The translations under genes and the position numbers were made by a program. The notes beneath the pieces were generated by a model. It was not told where the DNA came from and did not search any database. It was given only the letters and a program-made list of their open reading frames with translations. A stretch of DNA of 63,415 nt, filler included, from Choristocarpus tenellus KU-1152 (lineage: Eukaryota; Protista; Phaeophyceae), in the NCBI GenBank assembly GCA_964200185.2. It is 12 parts of 12 records of this genome, joined end to end, with 100 filler letters (N's around TTAATTAATTAA, not from the genome) between each part and the next. Parts side by side here need not be neighbours in the genome. Positions count along the whole stretch, not along the records: positions 1 to 7,023 come from CAXNAD020006837.1; positions 7,124 to 18,207 come from CAXNAD020002519.1; 10 more parts are not named here. One strand, given 5' to 3'. Shown here in pieces: positions 1-12,100 of this stretch. Position 1 is the stretch's first letter. Each line of letters opens with the position of its first letter.

Positions 1-406
1 GGGATGGGGGGCGGGGGCGGGGGGGAAGGGTCGTTATCAATGGACTTGACGCTGCGCTCATGTCCCTTCCAGTCCTATACTACAAACAAACAAACACACA
101 CACACACACACACACTCCCCCCAAAAATATATATATTTTTCGCACTCGATACCCCCCCAAGTACAAAAAAAAACTGTATGTTGCAGCTCCGCCTCCTCCA
201 CAGAAACCCTGCAACAACAACAACAACAACAAAAAAGAGACGATAAACTTCAAGAAAAAAAAAAGGATCTTAAATTTGCTTTAATACAAAGAAACCAAAA
301 AAACACAGAAAAAAAAAAGGATTATTCAAAAACAAAAAGCAGCCAAAAAAATTACTCAAGGGGCTGGCTCACTCAAGAACTCTCTCTCTCTCTCTCTCTC
401 TCTCAC

Positions 407-1841
407 CTTGTTGTCAGCCCTTCTCGGGGAGAGCGAGAACCTCACCACGTGCTCCTGGAACAACTTGCCAATCCTGGCCCCCACGAGACCATGAACCGCG
501 TACCCGGCGGCGGAGAGGTCATGGGTGGTCCATGTATTCATTCGGTCATATGCAACGTCCTACCAACGAAAAGCGGAGCAGGGTGGACAAAAGGCGTGAG
601 GCTTCGATGGGAGCTGAGGTGAGTTGAAGGAGGGAGGGACTCCTGCGTCTCCAATCGTTGGTTGGCCTTGTTTGTTGGGATGAGGTATCGATGGTGTATG
701 TATATATGTATTTTTGCTTGTTGCAATGAAAAGTCTGGGGGGGGGGGGTTGGGTGGCAAGACGTACGAAATTTTTCGAGAGAGGCCTCTCTTACGCGCTT
801 TGAAGACGAAGACCACACAATATACAATATTCACAATATATTCGTGCAGACGCAATTCGCACGCAGAATACGATACGCACGCATGATTAGGTAAGGATGC
901 GTCCTTTTCTTTTGGTAGTGTTGTATGAAACGACAGTGGAATTGAGATAACAGCGAAATCATCAAGGGCGATGAATACCAATGCCTTTCAAACAAACCTG
1001 TCTTTTCGACAAACAAACAAACAAAACAAAAAATGTAAATATACATAATATATTTACATATATGTATATATATATATATATATATACGGTGAATATGCGA
1101 AGGCTCAGCGGTTTATGGAGGCTGTTACCTACACGAATTTGGAGGGTCCCAACCCCATCAATGCATGGAGGTATGACTCTCAACGGAATACAGGTAACGC
1201 GCATGGCAACCTCTACCGAGTCCACATGGAAGGCGCTACAGGCTCTGCACACACAAGATAACTCCATCTACTGACTCGCATCCCGTTCTCCTGTCGCTAC
1301 ACTGCCATAATATAATAGTGCTGGATCAAGAAGAAGAGGGCGGGCAAGTAAGGGGGGTCCGGCACGAGATAAGAGGGAACGGGCGGAGGGAACAGGTGGA
1401 GGGATGGTTCCAACCCTAATGCCACCTCGGGGGCGTGGGCTGGGATAAGTCCCCCTCAAAGCCGAAGCAATGAAAAAATAAAATAAACGAAAATACTACG
1501 TAGTACAATAATAATAATATATATATATATATTTATTTATTTTTTTGAACCCTGACCTTCTCGTGGTTGAGCTCCATGGAGACCAGGTCAGCGAAGTGGT
1601 CGTTGTAGTTAGCCAGGCTCGCGTACACCGCTCCCTTCCTAGCGCCTCTGCTCCTGGTCCTCCTGCCACTGCTGGCACTGTTGGCAGAAGGTGGTCCCTG
1701 GTCGGTAGAAGGCTTCTGCGGGGTAGTTGCTGGGGCACCGGTCGCAACTTTCCGCAACACCCTGGTCCCACGCCTTCTGCCCCCGGCGTTGACCTTAATG
1801 TTCCCTTCCTTGGACATACCCGGCAGTTTTGACAGGTCCAC
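407..1841 (-). CDS. Two internal exons (1841-1557, 559-407) of a probable SF1 helicase (Upf1/IGHMBP2-like N-terminal region)
   Basis: Both exons are AG..GT bounded and phase 0 (285 and 153 nt). They splice to ...YASLANYNDHFADLVSMELNHEK/DVAYDRMNTWTTHDLSAAGYAVHGLVGARIGKLFQEHVVRF, which resembles the N-terminus of Upf1-like helicases. No Walker A motif is present in the window. Confidence 0.6.
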
Positions 1842-1852
1842 CTTCACAGTAT

Positions 1853-1897
1853 GTGTGTGTGTGCGCGCGCGCGCGCGCGCGTGTGTGTGTGCGTGTG
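1853..1897. repeat. (GT)n-(GC)n-(GT)n alternating purine-pyrimidine microsatellite
   Basis: gtgtgtgtgtgcgcgcgcgcgcgcgcgcgtgtgtgtgtgcgtgtg is directly visible. Confidence 0.9.
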
Positions 1898-3799
1898 GGT
1901 TTACATATCCGGAGTTGATATGCTTCGGGCAAGTCTCAGAGGAAATAATAAAAAGATTTGTTCGCTTGAATATTTCATTCGTTTTGTGTATAGCAATGGC
2001 AGTGCGAGGCAGGTTCATGGTATCCACAACTACTACATATTCATTTGAAAGAAAAAACAGAGATTCTTGATCGTGGATCATGGTCATCACTGTCCTTGAC
2101 CCTTTTTGTTGAGAATTTTGCCAATTGTGAATGGCAAAGAGAAGAAGAACCAGTTGTATGAACATCCGAACATCTTTATTTGCTCACCTTTTTAAACTTC
2201 CACTTCACCGGCTCTCCCAACAGATTGCGACTGGTGTATGCTGGAAAAACCGAGATTTGTAATATATTTTTGGGGGGGGAGGGAAGGAGAGGCAAGGGAG
2301 AGAACAAGACATGAAATTAATTAGAAACTGAAACAGAGGAGAGAGTTGGGGGGAAGTTAAATCTATCCAGGTATTCGTCCTAATTGTCATTTCAACTCCC
2401 AACAGGTATCTCCATTTCCTCATCATAGATTGTGCCTTTACCATATTACATCAACGTAGAATCAAGGATTTGCGCAAGGGCGGAACAATGCAATGAGGAA
2501 ATTTTTCTGAGAGGGCGTCACGCAAGGTCTAACCAATAAATCCATCTTTACCTCCCCATTCGAAGTTTACTTAAAGGGGAACTCCTCCCAGAACTGTTGT
2601 GGTACAAATGCAAACGAAACGCGGGGTAGACCAACCAAGAATACTTCAGGTATGGTGTGAGATCAAGTAGACACCAACATCAACTTAACACAACCTGTTC
2701 ACCAATCTATTTAAAGACTATAGCAGCCAGTAGAGGTGAGCGTTATGCCCGACAACACCTTCACAAAATACACACGCCCAAATAATAATATCGATGGTCA
2801 AGTAAGATAAAATCATACTTCGTTAGTGCAACTAAACCTAAGTCCCCCACCACACCCTTTGTTGAGTTTCACACTTGCCATTTGCAACGAAGGTTCCTCC
2901 CCATCGCGAAGACCTGTACTGCTTAGATTCCCCTCCTCCTGCCCCCTTTCCCCTTCCACGAGCAGGGAGTTCGTGATTTCGCTTATTTATTGATTGGGTT
3001 TCTGTCACAAAGCTCTCTCCTTCCTTCATACCCGGGTCCTGACCTTTACTTCGACGTCGACGGTCCAAGTTCGTCGTCGAGGAAAACGGTTGCGCAATGG
3101 CCCGTCTTCGACTCTCTTTTCTTCCACGTCCAAGAGAACTCCTGGGATACTTTTGCTTACCACGTAATGCCATCGTCGTCACACCTGCGGCTCGTGCAGA
3201 TCGTGAGGGTGTGGATGACATCCGGCATCTGGGAGAGCCCACCCCGTGGCATGTGTAAAGAACAAAGCAAAAGAGTACCAAGCAGATGAAGGTCTTCCTT
3301 ACGACATTGTGGAGACCCCGGAGTGGGCGTTGGATCATCTCTATCAGCAGACTTGTCTCTACTGTACCAGCGCCAAATCAACTAATCAAGAGCACAGACG
3401 TTCTACGCAATTGATCTCGGGCACAGCAGTATGTACAGGCGCCAAAGGCGCAGCTCGAATCTCAGCTTCACCTGGTATTGAGGTGTTACCTTTTCGAAAC
3501 AAAACAAATTTGAAAGTCTTATCTTGGATGGATGGACGGATGGACTCCACAGATTTTCAACATCGTTCAATTCAACATGCATGCGTGTCATTATTGTTGT
3601 ATAGTCCTACACTAGGATTGTCCAGTCATAACTTTTGATGTAGACTTTAGATAAAATAAATAAAAACACATTCGTTTCTTTTCACCATGCATTTCTTTTT
3701 TGAAAAGAATAGTGCTCATATTGGGGTTCGAACCCTGTAGTGTAGGTCACCAAGAGTGGCAACAGATAGACTATTACTCCCCATCCTTTCTTCCTGTGT

Positions 3800-5200
3800 G
3801 TTCGCGCACCCACTCTTTGACCTCGGTAAGGATGTCCTCGTCGAGGCCCAGGACGAAACGCCTCTCATAGCGCCCTTGCTCCGACACCTTGATGTGGCCC
3901 TTAGTTAGGAAGTCTCTCCCATTTACTCACAGCTTCCGACCTGACCATCCCATACATATCCTGCTGCCATCTCGAGCGCCATTTGACAGTCTTTAACACC
4001 GTTCATACACAGGCACAGGATTCGCAGTGCTAGAGCCCTTACTATCGCATGTCCTTGTTGAGCGCCGGAAATGGTCTTCGTCCATGTTTCCTGGGCGGGT
4101 GATATTTTATCATCAACGCGCAAGGGCGAGGGAGGACAGTCTTGAGTTGATCAAAAAAAAAATTGATTTCTCGAATGAATGCAGGCTGGGAGAAAGGCTT
4201 AATCAACTTTATACGTCCAAACCTAAGTCCAGGAACACGAGTGAATTTACGGCATCTTGCAAGAAGCGGTGTGCAAATAGTCTCAATCTCACCTCCTCTT
4301 CTTCCCTGGCGTCCACGTCGATGGCTACCTCCACCTGCTTTGAGACCTCTGCTAAGTAAAGGGTTTGGTGGTATCGAAAAGTCTCTACAGATGCCTTTGT
4401 TACGACCGCTTTCTCCTCCGCCTTGCGAACTCTTTCGACCTTCTTTCGGGGTTCAAAGCCCTTGTAGCCCAACCCTAACAACACTTCTTTCTCATTTTCT
4501 TAAGCCACTCCAACTCACATAGTTTCCAAACAGCTGCAACTGTCGACTACTAAGATATTCTACAGTCGGGTTTTGTTTAGGCATCTCCTGAGCGCACTGG
4601 CATGCAGTCGCACTGCTCTCTTCCCCAATCTTCCCTTCGGGCGACCACCCCGGTTCTCCCTTCGCTTGTCACTGTACCACCTGGTGNNNNNNNNNNTGCA
4701 GAACAGTGCTCCGACGTCGTTGAAGATCCACCCTCGTTTGTGTGGTAATGCTTTCAAAGCATCTTCTCTCAGCGTCAGCGTCACGGCCCTGTAATCCATT
4801 TCGCAATTTGATTATGCTGCTGCGCCACACTACTCACACATTCTCATCACCTAACATCGCACTGAGTGTCACACGTTACTTGCTTTTCCGTCGCCTCTCG
4901 ACAGAGAAGGTGCCAAGGGTAGATCCAGGGTGCAGAGTGTCCTCGTCGGCTCTCCTTGTCTCACCGTCGTGGTTTAATGTTGCTGTGTAAGTCATACTTG
5001 TGTGTGCTCACAGAAAGTCTGCAAAAGATGTCCGGAAGTCTTGAGTTTTATTTTTGATATCGCCACACTGGGAAAATTTGGGCAGCAACCTACTCCGGAC
5101 CTGTTCTTTGCAAGGATTTCAGCCAACCACTTCGTTTTTGTCCGTTTTGAAGTCGCGACCTTCAAAACTGCGCCGGAGATGTTCCCCTGCTTTTCTTCCA
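3800..5200 (-). mobile_element. Degenerate non-LTR retrotransposon RT remnant (CRE-like)
   Basis: Broken frames give AVRLHASALRRCLNK (cf. GVRPIAVG..LRRL..K), VEVAIDV..NSLVFLDLGLDV and SGAQQGH (cf. G.QQGDP) in RT order, with many stops. Confidence 0.45.
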
Positions 5201-5502
5201 TTTCTTGATTGGGACATAGCTCCTGTTCCCCCGAAGCCTGGACATTCGTGGATACACACCAACCTTAAAAAAAAGCTCTTGTCATACCCTTTCATTTGAT
5301 ATATATATCGTTGTATCACTGTAGTGGCGTTTCGGCGAAAAAAGCAAGATTGCCACAGAGGGCGAAGCTACTGGTATCACCTTAGAAGTTCAACTGATTG
5401 TGTGGAAAGGGGGAGTATCAGTTTTGGGTACACTATTGTGTACAAGCAATGAAATAGAGTGCAGTTCACAAGGTAAGAAATGTGACTTAGAATATGAAAG
5501 GT

Positions 5503-5628
5503 TTGTCCTGAGAAAAGGATAGTGACACTTGCTAACAAACACGATAGCCAAGATTACATCAAAATCGCTACATTGGATTTTGGACCCCAAACGGACTCGG
5601 CCCTACCCTCTTAAATGCTTTGAAATCC
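5503..5628 (-). mobile_element. Partial MITE family A copy
   Basis: Reverse-complement match to the first ~120 bp of 49077-49334, including a decayed TIR. Confidence 0.75.
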
Positions 5629-7023
5629 AACAATTGCAGCTGTATCAGAAGCAATTACTCCTGAGTAGAGATGAAATGCAATGATCCTCCCCCGACAAGC
5701 AGAAAGCCAACATTTGGGCAAGGTGGAGTACGTTGTAAAGAAGCCATCTGAGAACAACTATAGTGTGGGTAAGAGTGGATTACCAAAGTCTTTTCCTAGG
5801 AGACAACATGTGAAAAGGTAACATAATACTTCTACATATCTTCCACCAAAATTATCCACAGACCATTATTAAGTTCATCAGATAGATGCCCATTACAACA
5901 TCCCCTCTTTGCCCCCTCGATAATGGCTTTGCCAATACTACAACGTTCGAAAAGTGCAAAGAGTTCTTTTTTTTCCGTGTTGCTTTTTTTGGAGGGATAC
6001 CTTTTCAACTACTAGAAACTGGCAATGGGGTAGCAGACCTAAAACATTCACTGGAATGTAGAGTGTGTATCTATCTACAAGCAAGCACTACAATGTGCGT
6101 GAAGAGTAACGAAATTCGTTAACTACTGTTCTTTTCATCTGGTATTACTCCTTCCTGTCATTTTCTTACAGAAAAATATGCAACTTACTATTATATGACG
6201 TACTACTGGAAAATATCTAAAAACGTTCAGATCCTCTATACACCTATTTTTCCTCCAGATCAAAGAGTTGAAATTATATGTATGATATATGAAGGATAAA
6301 AATACCATCTAAGGGAACATTTCTATACAGAGTGTACACACCACCATAGTCAGGACCGTGGCCAGAGGCCGACGAGCTAAAGTGTTGATACACAACACGA
6401 GAAAGCCTCTTAAGAGCTCTAGATCTCTTTGTCGCTTTTGGTACAATCGGTCTGGTGAAAGGAATATCTACCTTCAGTCCCTCCCTACCTCATCCCTCCT
6501 GCATCCCAACCACTCACAAGGGCAACAGAGATGCTGTGTGAGCCAATAAAACTCCTCCCTCTCTCTTGAGACACGTATGAGGCGAAGAATTTTTTTCTCT
6601 AAGCTGCCAGATACCCAGCATTCGCTTCTCTATCAAAGGTCGTCACATTGTCATCGACGTCTGGTTGAATGCAAGAAAGGGGACAATGAACAATTCTGGA
6701 AATTACATGACCGCACAGTGGTGTTTACTTCTTTGATATATACTTGAAGGGTCAAGGGAGAGTCCCCGAGATGTTTTGAATTAAATGTGATCTAACAAAC
6801 CATATCATCATAGGTATTCATCGACATCATTGTGCAACCCGACTGACTATACCCTTGCCACCTCTAGTAGTTGATAAACAACAAATAGCACCTTCCTTGC
6901 ATAGATATTTCCATTATGTAATGGCGCCTTTTAAAAAGACTGGAGCTATCTACTCTTAAATCTGACAAGCACTGATCATGTGGAAGAGAGCGAAAGATAA
7001 TTCCGACCCAAAGTATCTGGGGG

Positions 7024-7123
7024 NNNNNNNNNNNNNNNNNNNNNNNNNNNNNNNNNNNNNNNNNNNNTTAATTAATTAANNNNNNNNNNNNNNNNNNNNN
7101 NNNNNNNNNNNNNNNNNNNNNNN
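7024..7123. other. Artificial contig spacer. Same spacer at 18208-18307, 21703-21802, 25344-25443, 28592-28691, 33410-33509, 38166-38265, 41905-42004, 45431-45530, 50475-50574, 57858-57957
   Basis: Identical 100-bp block: N-run, TTAATTAATTAA (stops in all six frames), N-run. Confidence 0.98.
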
Positions 7124-8487
7124 GGACGCCGGCCCCCCCCCCCCCAGATACGTTGACCCCAAAGCCATTCTAAAAACATAGGCGATGCGGTCGGATCTAA
7201 GGTGTATTGGCAATCTAAACCCTCAATCTGACGAAAAAGTTTGCTTCCAGACGTGGCTTGTATCTCACTACTTGGCGAAATTTATTGGTCTTGCACTTGT
7301 GAATCTATTTGGTTGTGTCTATTGCCCTATGTCCACAGGGTAGCACAGTCTCCGCCCAGCTGACATGCAACAACAAACTAGACACATCTTCTGCTATAGC
7401 TCGATCCCACAATTCACGTTCAGGAAAACTATATACTACTCTTACAGTTTCGGGTTCTAGAGGGAGCTCATCCGCTAAAGCTCAAATAGACTCATGACTT
7501 GTAACACATCACTAGGGCACTCTCCATGGAAACAAACAAACGCGCCAATAAAGTTGAAGGTATGATAAACACACCATCTATGGCAGACATATGTCTAGTC
7601 TTCCTCCTGACACCCCTCACTCACATGGCTGAATACAGCTATCCTATATGATAAGGAGACTACGACTGTATTAATGTTCGACCACGTAACTGTGAAATTG
7701 CCTTTGAGAAGTGGTAGGAACTTGTGTACTAGAAGGCATCCGCAGAGTCCCCTTCCTTACACTCCATGATACTCCCCTCTACGATCATATGGGCCAGAAA
7801 ATAGTTGGAGTACAGGCAGATAGAAGGAAGGGGGTAGATTGACGATAGTTGGAAATATCCAAAGTCTCTCTATGCCTCAAAATTGCTTCCAATATATTGA
7901 ATCCTCATTGCTCTATGGGAACAATGAATACTGGCAGAGGGACGAACCTTGCCAGATTACTGAAGAATATTGGTTGCCGAGGAAACCAAGTGCAAACCAA
8001 GCAAAGTACCCCTGAGGAATACTCGCCTGTTCTGTGTGTGCCATTGGGCGCAAAGAAAGGCAAATGTGTCCAAATGATTCCACTGGGTGGCATTCTGGGA
8101 GTTGAAGAGATTGCACAGGTCGCCGCCAGGCAATTGAGGGAGTAGTGACGGCCACACCTACACTACCCACACACCGCAAGTCGTTTAGGGGTTCCTATGA
8201 TCACGTGTCAAGTATGTGCTCGCGAAATCAAACTGCCAGTGAATGTTGTGAACTATGATGGAGAAGTTTACATTATATAACATAAAAAGTTTCAATTACT
8301 CAGATTAGGTTGGGTGGATCTAAGATCATCCGAACTCCAAGAATGTTCTGAACAACGTCATTAGCGACCACTCTTTGCAAGTGAGAGAGGATCTTTCAGA
8401 TTGGTTTGTGTGAAAATCCAAACTATACCATGCACAATATTCAAGACCAAATTATAGGGTTTTAGTGTTGTTAAGAGATTACCAACT

Positions 8488-8532
8488 TAGGGTTAGGGTT
8501 AAGAACTTTAAGGATAACCCTAACCCTAACCC
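8488..8532. repeat. Inverted interstitial telomere-like repeats (TTAGGG)2 ... (TAACCC)3
   Basis: ttagggttagggtt, a short spacer, then taaccctaaccctaaccc. Confidence 0.8.
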
Positions 8533-9101
8533 CATGTTGTGGTTGTAGTGATATTCTAGGTATTCAATGTGTTTTTCTGTAATACATCGTCCAGAATGAA
8601 TGGGTGATAAAATCAGATACCAAAATAACCATTTATATATATGTCGTTACAACCTCTAATATTTTGTGGATGTGTCAGAGAAAAAGTTAAACCAATATCA
8701 CATCCACCCTTGTAACGCTGTAAGACCTGAAGATATCTCTCCAAAATCTACTCACTTTGAAAACCATTTATATTTGAAGTTGGATGGATGGGGGGAGAAG
8801 ATTTAAGTTGAAGGTAGAGGTTATAAATATGATAATGTCATCTTCCTCAACAAGAATTGAATATATGAAAAACGGATTTATTGTGTTATATTTTGATCCT
8901 CATCACATATTTCTCATCCATCAAGTATCTAGAACTCCCAATACTACAATACTATTAATAGATAATATTTTTTTGAGCGAAGGCTATCTTTCGCATGTTT
9001 TAATAGTACTGACCGACTACTTCTCCAAAACTCCAGTGGTTATTATTTCCAGGTGAAGGAGGTCGTTCCTCGATCTTTACAACCACCTGAATCCCGAAGC
9101 C

Positions 9102-12100
9102 ATGGCTTCCAAACATAGGTGCAGACTTCCGACCAACGTCACCCCTCTGAAATACTCCCTGAGGTACAATGACCTCAATCTTGACTCGTGCACCTTTTTG
9201 GGCTCAGTGGCGATCGATTGTCAGGTACAAATGAAATTGAAAGTCTCCTTCAAAAATCTGATTCGTGTGCAATTGGCTTCCCTTTTACCCCCACCGCTCT
9301 CTTCTCCATTTGGTACTGGAAATTCGGTGGAAATAGGAAGAACTCGGGGTGTTAATGGACTGTAACACCCGATCATGGCTTTAGTGAGGAGATGTCGACT
9401 GTACCCTCATCCTTTGTCGTTACAGGTGAACTCTGTAACAAGGTCTGTGAAGATGCATGCACTAGAGATCTGGGTCACTGTGGCAACAGTAACTCCTGCT
9501 GGAGATGTTCAGGTATTGTAGAACACTCATGATCTTCCTAGTGTCCACGAATAGTGAGTTTTTTGCGCTGAACTATGGCATAGAGACAGACTGTCGTCTG
9601 GAACATAATAGTTTTCCATTGTACATAACGCTCTTAAATCGCTGTGTGTGGCAGGTACACATTCGCCTTACTGGCAGCGCTCTATTTTGTGCGATGCATG
9701 CAAGCGATTGTGGGATCTTGCTTCATATTCATAAAACACCTTTGCCGGACTCTCATTAGGTGAAACCTCGAAGAATCGAAACTGATCGAGCAGAGGAAAC
9801 AGTCACCTTCCAATTTCCGCAAGACCTCCCTGTGGGTTCAGCACAGTTGAAGCTGTATTTCCACGGCGATATCAGTGACTAGTTGGCTGGGCTCTATCGC
9901 AGCAATTACAAGGTACAGGCTGTTGCAACTCATACAGATCCGTTTTCGTGCTGAACCCTCGGTGGCTAGGCATTGCTCACCTGTCGCTTGTTCCTTCAAC
10001 ATTAATTTCAGGGTCAGGATGGGTCCACAAAGATAATGGCAGTCACCCAGTTTGAAGCCACTGATGCACGTCGGGCTTTTCCCTGCTGGGATGAGCCCGC
10101 TATCAAGGCCAGGTTGGTAACTATTTGTGGTTGAAGCAGGTTTGCTTGGGGCTTTTAGCATACACCACCATGTCGACATTCTGGGATGTGAAGATTGGTT
10201 GTTGTCCTATGCTTTGAGACCCTCCTTGCTGACATTGTCTCTCAAACTTGCTTTTTCCCATTGGCAGATTTGAGTTGGAGATTTTCACTCCTTTGGGGCG
10301 AGTGGTGATCAGTAACACGCCAGTGTTGCTATGCCAAGAAGTTGCTGTCACTTTCCCATCAGGAAGAGAAGAGTGGAGAAAACAGTGGAAGTTTGCAGAG
10401 ACACCGATCATGTCCACATATCTGCTTGCCATGGTAAGTGAATAATCGGTTCTTTTAATTGTCAGAAACAGTGGTATTGGCAGCAGCCCTTGAGTGAAAG
10501 ATGGATGAGACCAGAAGAACATATCTTGTTCTGAATTTGCTAACAAATACTCATGATTTTTGTTTTGATTCAACAGGTGGTAGGGGAGTTTGACTTTGTG
10601 TCAAAATACAATGAGTCTGGTGTACTGATGACAGTGTACACCCCTGTTGGCAAAGCAGAACAGGTGATGCATAAACATGTTTCATATTTGATGTGGTACA
10701 TGTACAGAATGTGATATCTGAGGAGGTGTAGTTAGATGTAGATGATATGAGCAGTGTCTCCAACACACAGTATTGGATGAAGAGTTCTTTCGCTAGGGTT
10801 CCAGAGGTGAGGTGGACAACAATCCATTCTGTGTCTAGGACAGTCACTCCTGGGAAAGGATTATATTGTCTGATGACTTTTGAGACTGAGACTCCGAGGC
10901 AGTTGTTCCCTCTGTTGACCTCTGTTGCTTTTACCTCTTCTCTATCACCATTGCTGCTCAGGGACAATTTGCACTGGATGTGACTTCCAAGGCACTGGAT
11001 TATTATGCAGACACTGTCCATACCCCCTCCAAAAAATGGACCTTCTTGCAATCCCAGGTGAGGAATCTAATGTTTCCATTTGATTGATATTATCTATATT
11101 TGTTCCTCTTCATGTCTTGGCTTGCTCTCGGGCAATATATGTTCACTTTCAGTGTAGTTGATCCTTTCAGATTTTCCTCTCATGCTCTCTTGTTTATGTA
11201 TCATGGTTATATATTGCATGAGAAGTATAATCAACACACCAACAGTACTCGATAGTTGCCCTGACTCGAGCCACAACAATTCACTGTTGTTGACTGCAGA
11301 TTTTTCTGCTGGAGCCATGGAAAATTGGGGATGTGTTACGTACAGGGAAGCAAGGCTACTTGTGAATAAGTCAACTTCGTCGGTGACCATGAAGAAATCA
11401 ATAGCTCGGACAGTGTGCCATGAGCTTGCTCACCAGTGGTTCGGCAATCTGGTCACAATGGAGTGGTGGGATGCATTGTGACTGAACGAGGGGTTTGCAA
11501 GGTTTGTTGCTCCTTAAGACAAGAGTTGATGTCATGGTGCTGCTGCAGTGGGACTTTTGTTGATAAGAACAGTTGGTGTGTACCTGTGGCAAGAGAGATC
11601 CCTCTTCCTCCTTTTGTTTGGTTTTGATACCCACCATAAATACATCGTTGTAATATTAATGTTGAGCAGGACATCATTCTCCCAGTATAGTGAAGACTCC
11701 TTGAGGAGCTCTATTGCTGCAAGGTGTATCTTGGTGGCTCATGGGCATGCTATTTGAGAGATAGGTGTTATTTCCAACAACTACTCTGAAAATCAATTAT
11801 TCTGTGTTAAACCGTGCTTTGGAAGAAGAGCAGTTCCACCCCCCAAAGTGTGTGGAACCTGATGATGATCTCCTCTTGTCACCCATGCAGGTACATGGAG
11901 TTTTTAGCTGTGGATCACATATTCCCTGAGTGGAACATCTGGGAAGGTGAGGACTCACATACCCAAAAAGATTTTACCAATAACAATCTGAAGTCTCTGG
12001 TGCATCAATGTTGAAATGGGAACACAAGGTGACTAACACCCTTTTTCTCCCTGTGCAGATTTTGACTGCTCTGTGTTTCCTGAGGCCTTAGGACTTGATG

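Noticed and set aside
7068-7079. Recurrent TTAATTAATTAA palindrome
   Set aside because: Artificial spacer between concatenated contigs.
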